A stretch of DNA of 34,925 nt from a virus (taxonomy: Duplodnaviria > Caudoviricetes): positions 1 to 34,925 of the IMG/VR virus record IMGVR_UViG_3300033489_000035, one strand, 5' to 3'. Both the position numbers and the translations under genes were made by a program. Under the pieces are notes generated by a model. The model made no database searches. It saw only the letters and a list, made by a program, of their open reading frames with translations, and was not told the DNA's origin. Below are positions 1 through 8,234 of the stretch, piece after piece (the first letter of the stretch is position 1; each line of letters opens with the position of its first letter).

Positions 1-257
1 GGATGTTCCAAGACACCGCCCCATTTTCTGACCGCGGAGATAGCGGATCGGAAACAGCCATAATCAGCTCCGAGTTCGCGCTTGTATGATGCTGACGGAC
101 CTCCCCCCCAGTACCTCCCCCCGCGCGCGCATGGAGGATGGGCAATCACGGGCCAGGGTCCAGCATAGAGACGGGCATCACGGGTTTCATCCCACGGGTC
201 GATATCGGGTAACCCGAAGTACACCCCATCCGTCTCTACAAACAAAGCCGCTATCAT
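1..257 (-). CDS. C5 DNA-cytosine methyltransferase-like protein, runs off the window edge (not in ORF track)
   Basis: ATG at 257 preceded by GAGGAG. Hand translation MIAALFVETDGVYFGLPDIDPWDETRDARLYAGPWPVIAHPPCARGGRYW...KWGGVLEHP has a PPC motif (motif IV-like) and EHP (motif VI-like). Confidence 0.65.
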   Translation of the reverse strand, partial: MIAALFVETDGVYFGLPDIDPWDETRDARLYAGPWPVIAHPPCARGGRYWGGGPSASYKRELGADYGCFRSAISAVRKWGGVLEH

Positions 258-337
258 CTCCTCATCCTTCATTCTTTCCAAGGAAATTGCCGTGCCAAGT
301 GATCAATTTTACGCCGAAATATATTTTTCTAATTTCC

Positions 338-366
338 TTGATAAACCTAACATGATGGATTATAAT
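338..366 (+). promoter_or_regulatory. sigma70-type promoter
   Basis: TTGATA (338-343), 17 nt spacer, TATAAT (361-366), followed by GGAGG RBS and ATG at 388. Confidence 0.75.
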
Positions 367-387
367 TTGGTCATGGAGGAACGAAAG

Positions 388-603
388 ATGACTGATAAGA
401 AGTTTGCGAGCCTTAAGGAACCTGCCCGCAAGGAAGCGGACAAAATTGTTCTCCTCAAGAACATTGAGGATGCGGCCAACCATTTCAAGAATATTTCCCT
501 TCACGTCGCACAAGGAATGCTCCGTCAGTGGGGCTGGTATGCCTGCATCTGGAATCACGCTGACGGTACGAAGGAAAAAGCCTTCTATGAGATTGCAGTA
601 TGA
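388..603 (+). CDS. hypothetical protein, 71 aa (MTDKKFASLK...)
   Basis: GGAGG RBS upstream of ATG 388, just downstream of a near-consensus promoter. Track ORF 292..603 is probably over-extended. Confidence 0.6.
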   Translation: MTDKKFASLKEPARKEADKIVLLKNIEDAANHFKNISLHVAQGMLRQWGWYACIWNHADGTKEKAFYEIAV

Positions 604-740
604 AGGATACACTTCGCGAACATCTTTCGAAGGCAGGAAGCGTGAAATCAGAACGTAAGGCGAAAGCATCAAGGATGAATGGGAAAAAACCACCCCGCCC
701 AGGATCTCGCCCACGTGGTAGACCGAAGAAAATAGAATAA
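600..740 (+). CDS. small basic AT-hook-like protein, 46 aa (not in ORF track)
   Basis: ATGA overlap with the previous gene. MKDTLREHLSKAGSVKSERKAKASRMNGKKPPRPGSRPRGRPKKIE ends in RGRPKK. Confidence 0.6.
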   Translation: MKDTLREHLSKAGSVKSERKAKASRMNGKKPPRPGSRPRGRPKKIE

Positions 741-761
741 GCATTTTCTTCCTTTCCCCCT

Positions 762-1205
762 TCAGCTCGCGTCCAGCTCTCTCTCAGCCTCATTCACGCG
801 CCCGTTGAAATTGCGGTTGGCATTCTTCTCAGCCTTGAGAATCGGTTCCATCTTGGCGCGCCAGGCCTCGGCGTCTCGTCGTGCCGCGGCCTCCTCCCCG
901 TAGCGCGCTTTCCATCGGGAGATCTCCTCGGCGTCCTGCTTCCTCTGGTCCGCGATTCGCCGCTTACGGAAATAAGGTATCTGGTCCAGCAGGTAGGTCG
1001 AGACTGGAATGATCAGCGATATAAGGAACGCCATGATGAACATGGAAGCGAGTACTTGGCCTGGCCTGATCTGCTTCGCGGCGTGCACGATGGAGTCGCG
1101 CACAGCCCAACGCGTCATGTCGTCGGAAAGAAAGTAGACCATGGCGCCGGCGGCGAGCAGGAATATGGCGAGAAGGATCAGCAGGAACTTGCTACGCGCT
1201 TTCAT
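762..1205 (-). CDS. membrane protein with two hydrophobic segments and a charged coiled-coil tail
   Basis: FLLILLAIFLLAAGAMVYFL and VLASMFIMAFLISLIIPV segments; ATGA overlap with the upstream gene. Confidence 0.7.
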   Translation of the reverse strand: MKARSKFLLILLAIFLLAAGAMVYFLSDDMTRWAVRDSIVHAAKQIRPGQVLASMFIMAFLISLIIPVSTYLLDQIPYFRKRRIADQRKQDAEEISRWKARYGEEAAARRDAEAWRAKMEPILKAEKNANRNFNGRVNEAERELDAS

Positions 1206-1420
1206 GATTTCATCTTTATCTTGAGACCGTTACGTGCCTTTGTCGCAGGAAGAATTATTTCTCCGAAGAAATGATTTTCCTCGCAATAGGCGTCTACGGA
1301 TCCGCCTTCAATCGCTTTCGCACGCAATCCCAGACGCACAATCTGACGATCCTCATCGCGTGTTTCTGGCGAAAATTGTATAAGAATGGAATTATCTTCT
1401 TCGCAGATAAATACTTTCAT
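1202..1420 (-). CDS. hypothetical protein, 72 aa
   Basis: GGAGG RBS; coupled to the next gene by an ATGA overlap. Confidence 0.65.
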   Translation of the reverse strand: MKVFICEEDNSILIQFSPETRDEDRQIVRLGLRAKAIEGGSVDAYCEENHFFGEIILPATKARNGLKIKMKS

Positions 1421-1436
1421 TTCAGTCCTCCTTGTT

Positions 1437-1592
1437 TTACCACCATTTCAGCAGGTCGCGCATGATCCAGATCCCGAGCGCTACGACGTCGTAGATGCCG
1501 ATCAGCGCGGTGAGAGACAGCATCGAGAAAAAGACGCGCTGGAATACGTCCATCGTCCTCCACGGCGGGATGAAATACTCTCGCTGATTCAT
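1437..1592 (-). CDS. small single-TM protein, 51 aa (not in ORF track)
   Basis: GGGAGGT RBS. MNQREYFIPPWRTMDVFQRVFFSMLSLTALIGIYDVVALGIWIMRDLLKWW fills the gap between neighbours. Confidence 0.6.
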   Translation of the reverse strand: MNQREYFIPPWRTMDVFQRVFFSMLSLTALIGIYDVVALGIWIMRDLLKWW

Positions 1593-1595
1593 GAT

Positions 1596-2000
1596 CTACC
1601 TCCCGATTCCTATCAGACATGGCTTCGCTATCATTTCTATGACACATTTTTTCGACAGTATTCCGAGATATATCCACCAGGCTTCTCCGTCGCTCCCTCC
1701 GCCTTCATTGAAAAAACGCAGAGATTCGCTATTGATATTTAGATTATGCTTGGCGTATAAGTTCCATCGAAATAATTTATTGTCATTTGGCAGTTCGACA
1801 GCCAGCCTGATTTCCGTCCGATCCCCACACACTCCGAGATTATTTGTCGCCCAGTGTTGCGCGTTGAAACGCGAATCCTGCGTTAACCATATGACAGGCT
1901 GAATGATTGGGCGCTGTGGAAAAATTATTGCACCGCGGTTCAATCCATCATGGATTATTTTTTCGCCATCGAGTTTCGTTGTGAAATGATAGAGTCTCAT
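1596..2000 (-). CDS. putative ADP-ribosyltransferase-fold protein
   Basis: N-terminal LYHFT...II.DGL, then VIWLT and a terminal WWIYLG strand, a pattern seen in small phage ART-like proteins. ATGA-coupled to polX. Confidence 0.45.
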   Translation of the reverse strand: MRLYHFTTKLDGEKIIHDGLNRGAIIFPQRPIIQPVIWLTQDSRFNAQHWATNNLGVCGDRTEIRLAVELPNDNKLFRWNLYAKHNLNINSESLRFFNEGGGSDGEAWWIYLGILSKKCVIEMIAKPCLIGIGR

Positions 2001-2563
2001 GCTCTCACCTCAGGTTCCCGATATTCCAGGCCGACGAATGAAAACACCGCGGCCTCGTTGTCCATGCGCTGCACCTCGCCTGCAGCGTTCGAATAACCCT
2101 CGCCATATGGATTCCACTTCCATCCCTTGCGCTGCGCCGCCATGCAAATCTGTTTATTTAGTTCTACGGGACCCGTACGGCATACGAGATAGTTGAACCA
2201 GTTGTCCTCTGTGGCTGCGAATAGGTCGACGGGGATCCCACTCGCGACATGCCGCATGAGCTTGTTCTTCGGACCGCACATCTCCCGGCCGAGCGCGTTC
2301 TTCCTCCGTTCGAGCATCCCGCAGGCGACCATCGACCGGATCCGTACCTCCGCGCAATTAACTTTCTCGATAGCGAAGAGGTCTTCAGGATCCGGAGCCC
2401 ACTGAACAACCGGGATGTAGAGGATCTCGATGTCCCCGACATCTGGCTTGCGCCGCCGGAGGGAGCCCGCGATCACAATGCGCCTGCAACCCGGGCGCAG
2501 CCGAAGGTAGATTTCCTTGGCTATCGTGTAGGCCTGCACATAGGGATAACGTTTCTCGCTCAT
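1997..2563 (-). CDS. polX: minimal family X DNA polymerase / nucleotidyltransferase (palm and thumb only)
   Basis: IAGSLRRRKPDVGDIEIL, GIPVDLF and RTGPVELN...AQRKGWKWNPYG match Pol beta-family motifs; 188 aa. Confidence 0.85.
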   Translation of the reverse strand: MSEKRYPYVQAYTIAKEIYLRLRPGCRRIVIAGSLRRRKPDVGDIEILYIPVVQWAPDPEDLFAIEKVNCAEVRIRSMVACGMLERRKNALGREMCGPKNKLMRHVASGIPVDLFAATEDNWFNYLVCRTGPVELNKQICMAAQRKGWKWNPYGEGYSNAAGEVQRMDNEAAVFSFVGLEYREPEVRA

Positions 2564-4110
2564 GACTTCATCTTTTTAGGGATCCTTTTCTCCGAGTTTT
2601 TCACCTTCTTCGCCGTGGCAGCCTTCGCTAACTTCGGACCCCTCTCCTTCTTGCTTGCATGCTCCGCGCGGATCCGTTTCTCGATCGCCTTGACGTCAAC
2701 CGAATACGCCTTGGCCGCTGCATTCAGATCGCTGCCATCGCTGTAGTTCGAAAATGCGGAGAAGATCATGCATTTCAGCATGGAGAGCAGGAGCTCCGGC
2801 TCATCCATATTTTTGAAAATGCGTCGGCCTGTGTTCTGGTATGCGTTCGGTGAGGGATCCTTCCAGCCCTCCATTTTCATAAGGGCTTTACGTTCACAGA
2901 ACCTGTCGAAGGCCTCGCCGGCGATCGCGCGCAGAACCTCGACTGGAATCCCCTCCGACTGCATGAGCCGTTTCCCCGCCTCCTCGGTGACGGCCTTGTA
3001 GATCTCGAGCTTGACCTCTCTCTTGATACGCTGCTCCGCTAGCTCGCGCGTGCGCTTGGCTTTCTCCGCGGGGCTTGTGGACGTTCGCGCTCCACTCCTC
3101 GTGACCAGCGTATATCCGATCTTTCCCCGATCGGGACCCGTGACGATGAGGGTTTTCTTCGCTCCGGATTCCGAGGCTTTACAGGGATCGAGGTTCCACC
3201 TCGGAATAGTACCCGGCGCAGGTCGGCTCGAATGCCCGTCATCGACGAGCACCAGGTCATCTCCCGCGAGCTGCTCACGCCTCTGAGCCAGGAAAAGGTC
3301 GAGCTTTTTGTTGAAGCACGTGGCGTCCAGGCACATATCTGACTTGCCGACATCGGCGAAAAGTGTGGGTTGATAGCCGCTACGCTTCTGGCAAGCAGTG
3401 CAGGCCCCAGCCTCCGGGAATAGCGCGGAATCATTCTTCTTGAACGCCGCACCGGAAAGACTCAAAAGAATCCGCGCTCGCGTGTACTCCTCGAGCTTGC
3501 GGATGGAGGGTAAGCCGTCCCAGCGCGAGTTCTCTTGGATCCACTTCACGATCTGCGCCTGGCCGTCTTCCGAAAGCCTGGCGATCGCCATGCCGTGCCC
3601 GGAGGTTATCGCTCCCTCTCGAAGCATTTTCTCCGCTGCGGGGATGAGGCGCCGCAGGATCATGCGCTGATGAATATACGCGACGGGCCGCCCTATCTCC
3701 GAGGCGATGCCCTCCACGTCGGTACCGCGCTCGAGTAATTGCGCGAAGGCCTCCGCCTCATCCAGGGGGTGCAGGTCCTCCCTGTGCAGGTTATCGATGA
3801 GCGCGACCTCATCGGCTTCCTCATCGTCCATTTCGCGGATCTGGCAGGGGACCGTTTTCAGTCCCGCCATTCCAGCGGCCCTACAACGACGCTCGCCGGC
3901 GACGATCTCATATGCTTTTTGGCTCTCCGGGGCGTCAGGAATCAGCCTCACGATGAGCGGCTGCAGCACGCCCTTTGCTTTGATAGAATCCGCGAGCTCT
4001 TGGAGATTCTCCTTCGGGATTCCGCCGACCTTCCGGTTGCCCTTTCGAGGCACCAGTTGATTCAGATCGATCATCGTGATCTGCTGGATTCTCTCACCTG
4101 TTTTTTCCAC
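2560..4110 (-). CDS. ParB/RepB/Spo0J-domain protein with long C-terminal extension
   Basis: LADSIKAKGVLQPLIVR, YEIVAGERRCRA, DNLHREDLHPLDEAEAF, then an HTH and a CTAC...CLDATC cluster. GTG at 4110 has an AAGGAGG RBS (track start 4134 is TTG). Confidence 0.9.
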   Translation of the reverse strand: MEKTGERIQQITMIDLNQLVPRKGNRKVGGIPKENLQELADSIKAKGVLQPLIVRLIPDAPESQKAYEIVAGERRCRAAGMAGLKTVPCQIREMDDEEADEVALIDNLHREDLHPLDEAEAFAQLLERGTDVEGIASEIGRPVAYIHQRMILRRLIPAAEKMLREGAITSGHGMAIARLSEDGQAQIVKWIQENSRWDGLPSIRKLEEYTRARILLSLSGAAFKKNDSALFPEAGACTACQKRSGYQPTLFADVGKSDMCLDATCFNKKLDLFLAQRREQLAGDDLVLVDDGHSSRPAPGTIPRWNLDPCKASESGAKKTLIVTGPDRGKIGYTLVTRSGARTSTSPAEKAKRTRELAEQRIKREVKLEIYKAVTEEAGKRLMQSEGIPVEVLRAIAGEAFDRFCERKALMKMEGWKDPSPNAYQNTGRRIFKNMDEPELLLSMLKCMIFSAFSNYSDGSDLNAAAKAYSVDVKAIEKRIRAEHASKKERGPKLAKAATAKKVKNSEKRIPKKMKS

Positions 4111-4957
4111 CTGATCCTCCTTTTCTCTCACCAAACCGGATCCGTTTGATCTTCCGCGGACCCCAATTGTCGGTCACCCTTTCGCGTGCAAACTTCAGGA
4201 CCTCCGATCGAAGGATCCTCCAGTTTCCCCAGCGCACGGCTTTGAGGAGTCCCAAGTTGATCGCCCGGTCGATTCCATGGAATACGCGGCCTTTCCTATC
4301 GACGGGCAATCCGATCAAAGATCCGGCCTCGGTCGGGCTAAGCCAGGCATCCTTCCAGGCCCTCAGAAGTTCATCAGTGGCCGCCCGGGCTTCACGCCAG
4401 AAGACGACATCGGGCTTTGCCATGTGGCGTTGTCCGTGTTTCGGGAATGTTCCGACACGTTCCGGTTTGAAGTAAATCCAATGCATCGGATCGGCAATCC
4501 AGGCGAGTGCTGCCTTCCGGTCGATCACACGGATTGCACCATGTCCGTTCTTGGCAATCATTCCCGGAAGTCGGCGAGTGATTATTTTCCCCTGGTTGGC
4601 CAACTTTGCTAGGGAATGGCTGTCGATGCAGAGACCGCACGCAAAGGCCTCGAGAGTCAACCAGTTCGAATTCCGCCGCGGTGCCGGAAAGTGCAGGTCC
4701 CGCTCCCAGCGATTATGTACTGCATCCACGGTCCTGCCCAACGCGCGGCCGATTTCCTTCATCGAGAGAATGCCCAGGTTTGCCTTGAGGTAGGCATCCT
4801 CTTCCGGAGTCCAAACAGCGCCGCGCATCACCCGCGATCTTTTCAATCCAGTAATAGGGATCCGCGTGGAATCGGCCATGACGGAGAGACAAGGCCTGGA
4901 GTTCGTTTCCGCTTCTGCCAAGCTGGCAGCGGCTTCGATAAAATCAGGTTTTTTCAT
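4094..4957 (-). CDS. multi-HTH DNA-binding protein (Myb-like HTH plus excisionase-like wHTH repeats)
   Basis: WTPEEDAYLKANL...EIGRALGRTVDAVHNR, then WLTLEAFA... and WLSPTEAG...KAVRWGNWRILRSEV. Confidence 0.65.
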   Translation of the reverse strand: MKKPDFIEAAASLAEAETNSRPCLSVMADSTRIPITGLKRSRVMRGAVWTPEEDAYLKANLGILSMKEIGRALGRTVDAVHNRWERDLHFPAPRRNSNWLTLEAFACGLCIDSHSLAKLANQGKIITRRLPGMIAKNGHGAIRVIDRKAALAWIADPMHWIYFKPERVGTFPKHGQRHMAKPDVVFWREARAATDELLRAWKDAWLSPTEAGSLIGLPVDRKGRVFHGIDRAINLGLLKAVRWGNWRILRSEVLKFARERVTDNWGPRKIKRIRFGERKGGSGGKNR

Positions 4958-5877
4958 TGCCTATCATCCAGTCGCTTCAAGAATGCCGTAAGTGGGCAGC
5001 GATCACAGACCATCTTGATGTGGCCGATCGAGCAGCCGGCGCATTCGGCATCCGCCGTGTGGACGATCAGCGACCAGACGGGATTGCCGGCGGCCTCGAG
5101 CTGGGAGATCTTCAGGTCACAGCTCCTGCAGGTGGCCGCCGTCGTGTTCTTAACCTGGCGCCAGGAGACGGATCCCTTCTTGGGTCCCCGCGTCATACTG
5201 AGATCTGTCGCCGGATTCTCCAGCTTTTCCTGTGGGGTTTTCGCCTCGAGTAGGCGCGCGCAGGCATAGATGATCGTTTTCGTATTGGTGTTCGGATTCT
5301 TCGCCAGGCGGTTGGCCAGCTTAATCCGAAGCTCCCTGTCCTGGATGGTCTGGAAAGCTGCGCATATCGGTGTTCCATGAGGTAATTTTCCGGTAGCCAT
5401 GAGTTCCTGGATCGGTTTATCGAGCTTAGAGACCTCCAGCCTCTGCCGGATCCGGAACTCGCCTATCCCCGTGCGTTTGCTGATATCTCGAACGCTCAGA
5501 CCGGAATCGATCATCCGCTGATAATGATTGGCCTCATCAACGACGTTCGGATCGCTGCGGATGAAATTCTCGATCGCCATATCGAGCAACTGCTGGGCGC
5601 GGTCCACGTCGACAGGCTCACATTTCAGCAACGGACAATTTTCCCCAAGCTGCTGCGCTCCCGCGAGGCGCTTATTCCCGGCCACCACCCACCACACACC
5701 CTTTTTGCCGGAGGGCACGATCTCGAGCGCATGAATTACACCTCCGCGCGCCTTGATCGAGGCCGCCATCTCTTCCACTTCGCTCTCGATGTATTTCGAA
5801 CGGACGTTTTCAGGATGGATTTTCAATTGATTGACACGGAGCATGAGGAGTCGAGGCTTTGTCATCGTGTCACTCAT
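4954..5877 (-). CDS. ParB N-terminal-domain protein with HTH and Cys-rich C-terminus
   Basis: LKIHPENVR, MAASIKARGG, VVAGNKRL, ENFIRSD, SVRDISKRTG; C-terminal CRSC/CAGC/CDRC. Start placed at ATG 5877 (MSDTMTK). Confidence 0.8.
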   Translation of the reverse strand: MSDTMTKPRLLMLRVNQLKIHPENVRSKYIESEVEEMAASIKARGGVIHALEIVPSGKKGVWWVVAGNKRLAGAQQLGENCPLLKCEPVDVDRAQQLLDMAIENFIRSDPNVVDEANHYQRMIDSGLSVRDISKRTGIGEFRIRQRLEVSKLDKPIQELMATGKLPHGTPICAAFQTIQDRELRIKLANRLAKNPNTNTKTIIYACARLLEAKTPQEKLENPATDLSMTRGPKKGSVSWRQVKNTTAATCRSCDLKISQLEAAGNPVWSLIVHTADAECAGCSIGHIKMVCDRCPLTAFLKRLDDRQ

Positions 5878-6085
5878 GCCGTGATGATTTCTTCTGCTGT
5901 TTTTGCAGTTTGTAGCAGTCCCCAAAATGCAGGCGCCCATCCTGGCCCACCGGAACATTCTTCCCCATCGGCGTGACTCCCCACCGGATGAGAGCTCCGC
6001 AATGCCGGCAGGGCTTCAGCTCGGCGCCTTCCGGTATTCTCCAGGACTGTTTTTCTCTCTGTGGTTTCCGCCCGAAGCTCCTCAT
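5870..6085 (-). CDS. small Zn-binding protein (CxxC...HxxxC)
   Basis: CRHCGALIRW...GKNVPV...HFGDC; AAGGAG RBS. Confidence 0.7.
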   Translation of the reverse strand: MRSFGRKPQREKQSWRIPEGAELKPCRHCGALIRWGVTPMGKNVPVGQDGRLHFGDCYKLQKQQKKSSRHE

Positions 6086-6089
6086 TCTG

Positions 6090-6224
6090 TCATCTCCTTA
6101 TTTGCATACTGATGAAATTCAGCCGTTCCGCTCGCCGGGCCCGTCTCTTCTTCGCCATGCGCTTGAACAGGATCAGCAGCGTGAGAATGAGGAAGGCTCC
6201 CGAAGCGGTCAGAAAGTAGATCAT
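6090..6224 (-). CDS. small TM protein with basic tail, 44 aa (not in ORF track)
   Basis: ATGA overlap with 6221..6475. MIYFLTASGAFLILTLLILFKRMAKKRRARRAERLNFISMQIRR. Confidence 0.5.
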   Translation of the reverse strand: MIYFLTASGAFLILTLLILFKRMAKKRRARRAERLNFISMQIRR

Positions 6225-6475
6225 CTCTCTTTCGTTTCTGCCCACTTGGTCATGTCCGGAGCCTCGGCCTTCATCTTCAGGAGTATCAGATCGATCCGCT
6301 TCGTGATCCCATTGAATACATTAAACGCATCATTCAAGCGATTCCGGGATTTCTCCTCCATGAAGAGGATCTGCTGTGAATCCTGCGAGTTCATTGCACG
6401 GACCTCTTCGAGGTGTTTTCTTGCATCATCAAGGTCCGCGAACAATTCAGATATTGTTTTTGTCTCTTCGCTCAT
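6221..6475 (-). CDS. hypothetical coiled-coil protein, 84 aa
   Basis: GGAGG RBS, ATGA overlap, helical composition. Confidence 0.65.
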   Translation of the reverse strand: MSEETKTISELFADLDDARKHLEEVRAMNSQDSQQILFMEEKSRNRLNDAFNVFNGITKRIDLILLKMKAEAPDMTKWAETKER

Positions 6476-7545
6476 ACAGGTTTTCCTCCCATCTCTTTCA
6501 ATGGTTCTCCGAATCGGTCCACCTCGACGATAGGACCGCAGATTCGGGCCGCCTTAACTTTATAAGGATATCTATCGCTATCATTCGGTGACCGTATATC
6601 CACAAGCGCAACCGGACACGCGAGGAAACGCGTGGCGTGATCGTCGAATGAAAGAGCCTGCCCTGGAGATGGGCAAAAATGCAGGCCGCCTCTGCATTCC
6701 GCTACTCCACCATCCCAATCGGGACATTCCGGGGTGGATCCCGGAGTATAGAGAAAATCATGTGCTGATTTGTAATCGTCACGAACAGCCTTGAAGAGGG
6801 TTGCCACTCCATCTTTTATGACCACGCCGTTGTATGCGCACCAATCCTCGGCGGTTTTCAATCCAGGTTGCTCAATTATGACACCACCGGTTATTGATCC
6901 GGCATGGCCGCGCATCTTATGGACGCTTGCACATTTTCCGGCGAAAATAATTGAATTCGAGTAGGCATGAATGCAAGAATTGCCTTGCGCATTCGCGCGG
7001 GCGTTCTCCCAGAGCACGGCGCGGGCGTTCTCCCAGAGCTCGGCGCGGGCGTTCTCCCGGAGCACGGCGCTGGCGTTCCCCCGGAGCTCGGCGCGGGCGT
7101 TCTCCCGGAGCACGGCGCTGGCGTTCCCCCGGAGCTCGGCGCTGGCGTTCTCCCAGAGCTCGGCGCGGGCGTTCTCCCGGAGCACGGCGCTGGCGTTCTC
7201 CCAGAGCTCGGCGCTGGCGTTCCCCCGGAGCTCGGCGCGGGCGTTCTCCCGGAGCTCGGCGCTGGCGTTCTCCCAGAGCTCGGCGCTGGCGTTCTCCCAG
7301 AGCTCGGCGCGGGCGTTCTCCCGGAGCACGGCGCGGGCGTTCTCCCGGAGCACGGCGCGGGCGTTCTCCCAGAGCTCGGCGCTGGCGTTCTCCCAGAGCT
7401 CGGCGCGGGCGTTCCCCCAGAGCACGGCGCTGGCGTTCTCCCAGACGCGCGATAAACTGACATTCCCTTTTATAATGATGATCCCCTCGAAATCATCAGG
7501 AACGCAGTCGAGTTGCGCTTGATCCAAAACTTCTAGAATCTTCAT
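6472..7545 (-). CDS. octapeptide-repeat (beta-solenoid-like) protein with conserved C-terminal domain
   Basis: 19 copies of [WR][EG]NA[RS]A[EV]L, then a non-repeat domain LFKAVRDDY...ECRGGLHFCP...KVKA of the kind often attached to such repeats in phages. Confidence 0.8.
   Translation of the reverse strand: MKILEVLDQAQLDCVPDDFEGIIIIKGNVSLSRVWENASAVLWGNARAELWENASAELWENARAVLRENARAVLRENARAELWENASAELWENASAELRENARAELRGNASAELWENASAVLRENARAELWENASAELRGNASAVLRENARAELRGNASAVLRENARAELWENARAVLWENARANAQGNSCIHAYSNSIIFAGKCASVHKMRGHAGSITGGVIIEQPGLKTAEDWCAYNGVVIKDGVATLFKAVRDDYKSAHDFLYTPGSTPECPDWDGGVAECRGGLHFCPSPGQALSFDDHATRFLACPVALVDIRSPNDSDRYPYKVKAARICGPIVEVDRFGEPLKEMGGKPV
6988..7443. repeat. 24-bp tandem repeat, 19 copies, coding
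   Basis: Plus-strand consensus GAGC[A/T]CGGCGC[G/T]GGCGTTC[T/C]CCC[A/G], read unit by unit; the last unit is degenerate. Confidence 0.95.
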
Positions 7546-7988
7546 GTGACTTCCTTCCCTTCGTGTACGATATCGCGCTGGGGTTCATGCGCCTTGATCG
7601 CTCGCTCCCCCCTCTCTCGCTCTCTGGTAGATTCGTCGAAAATTGCATCCAGCTCGGCCTTTCCCTGGCGCACTACTGGCGTTTTTATTCCCCGGGATGT
7701 CGGATCGTCATCAAGTCCGAAGCTGTTGATCGGATTGTTCGAGGTCCCCAAGCGCAGGTCCCATATCGGATCTTCCGCATCCATGTGTCTTGAGAAATCG
7801 GCGAACTGCATCTCGTCCGCGGTGAAAACGCTGTCTATGTGCGGATCGCGGGTCGGGATGTACGTCCCCGGCTGCAGCTCGGCGTGAAGAAGGGCGCAGG
7901 CAAGCCGGAAATAGATTCCTCTATCCCCTGGCTCGATATGCACCTTGTGGATTGTTTGACCCGACCTCGTAAACGATGCTATTCTCAC
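7542..7988 (-). CDS. hypothetical protein, 148 aa
   Basis: GTG start with GGAGGT RBS; ATGA overlap with the repeat gene. Confidence 0.65.
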   Translation of the reverse strand: MRIASFTRSGQTIHKVHIEPGDRGIYFRLACALLHAELQPGTYIPTRDPHIDSVFTADEMQFADFSRHMDAEDPIWDLRLGTSNNPINSFGLDDDPTSRGIKTPVVRQGKAELDAIFDESTRERERGERAIKAHEPQRDIVHEGKEVT

Positions 7989-7990
7989 GT

Positions 7991-8168
7991 GGACCTCCGT
8001 ACGTGTGAATTATGGGGTTCGGCCGCGGGGTGATTGACGTCAGATCCGCGGCCGGCCCCGGAGGTCCAAAGGATTGCCGTACCTCTTCAAGCCGGCTCGC
8101 GGCTGAAACGGCACCCCTCCGGACCCTGCTCGCTTTTAGGCGAGCGTTTTCATTTCATCCAACCTCCT
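7991..8168 (-). promoter_or_regulatory. structured leader with alternative RBS-sequestering stems
   Basis: Inverted repeats 7991-7999/8059-8067, 8058-8064/8116-8122, 8021-8028/8046-8053 and 8075-8080/8108-8113. Confidence 0.5.
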
Positions 8169-8234
8169 TTCGCCTCCCAGCTTGAAAAGGTTGCCCGGGT
8201 AGCCGCCCGGGCTCGGTGCGCTTCCTCAGCGCCT

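Noticed and set aside
102-122. Phase-variable C tracts (C7, C6) in the methyltransferase-like gene
   Set aside because: The frame is intact and the tracts are short and explained by Gly/Trp codons; there is no evidence of slippage without reads.
1417-1677. Track ORF of 86 aa
   Set aside because: It overlaps the ART-like gene; the 51-aa frame 1437..1592 has a strong RBS and fits the gap.
6988-7443. CRISPR array
   Set aside because: Contiguous 24-bp units with no unique spacers, in frame within a CDS, and no cas genes.
6891-7522. Alternative-frame ORFs over the repeat (6891..7463, 6951..7460, 6967..7455, 6971..7522)
   Set aside because: The repeat unit lacks stops in those frames, so the ORFs are by-products. 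Only 6472..7545 has coupled neighbours and unique flanking domains.
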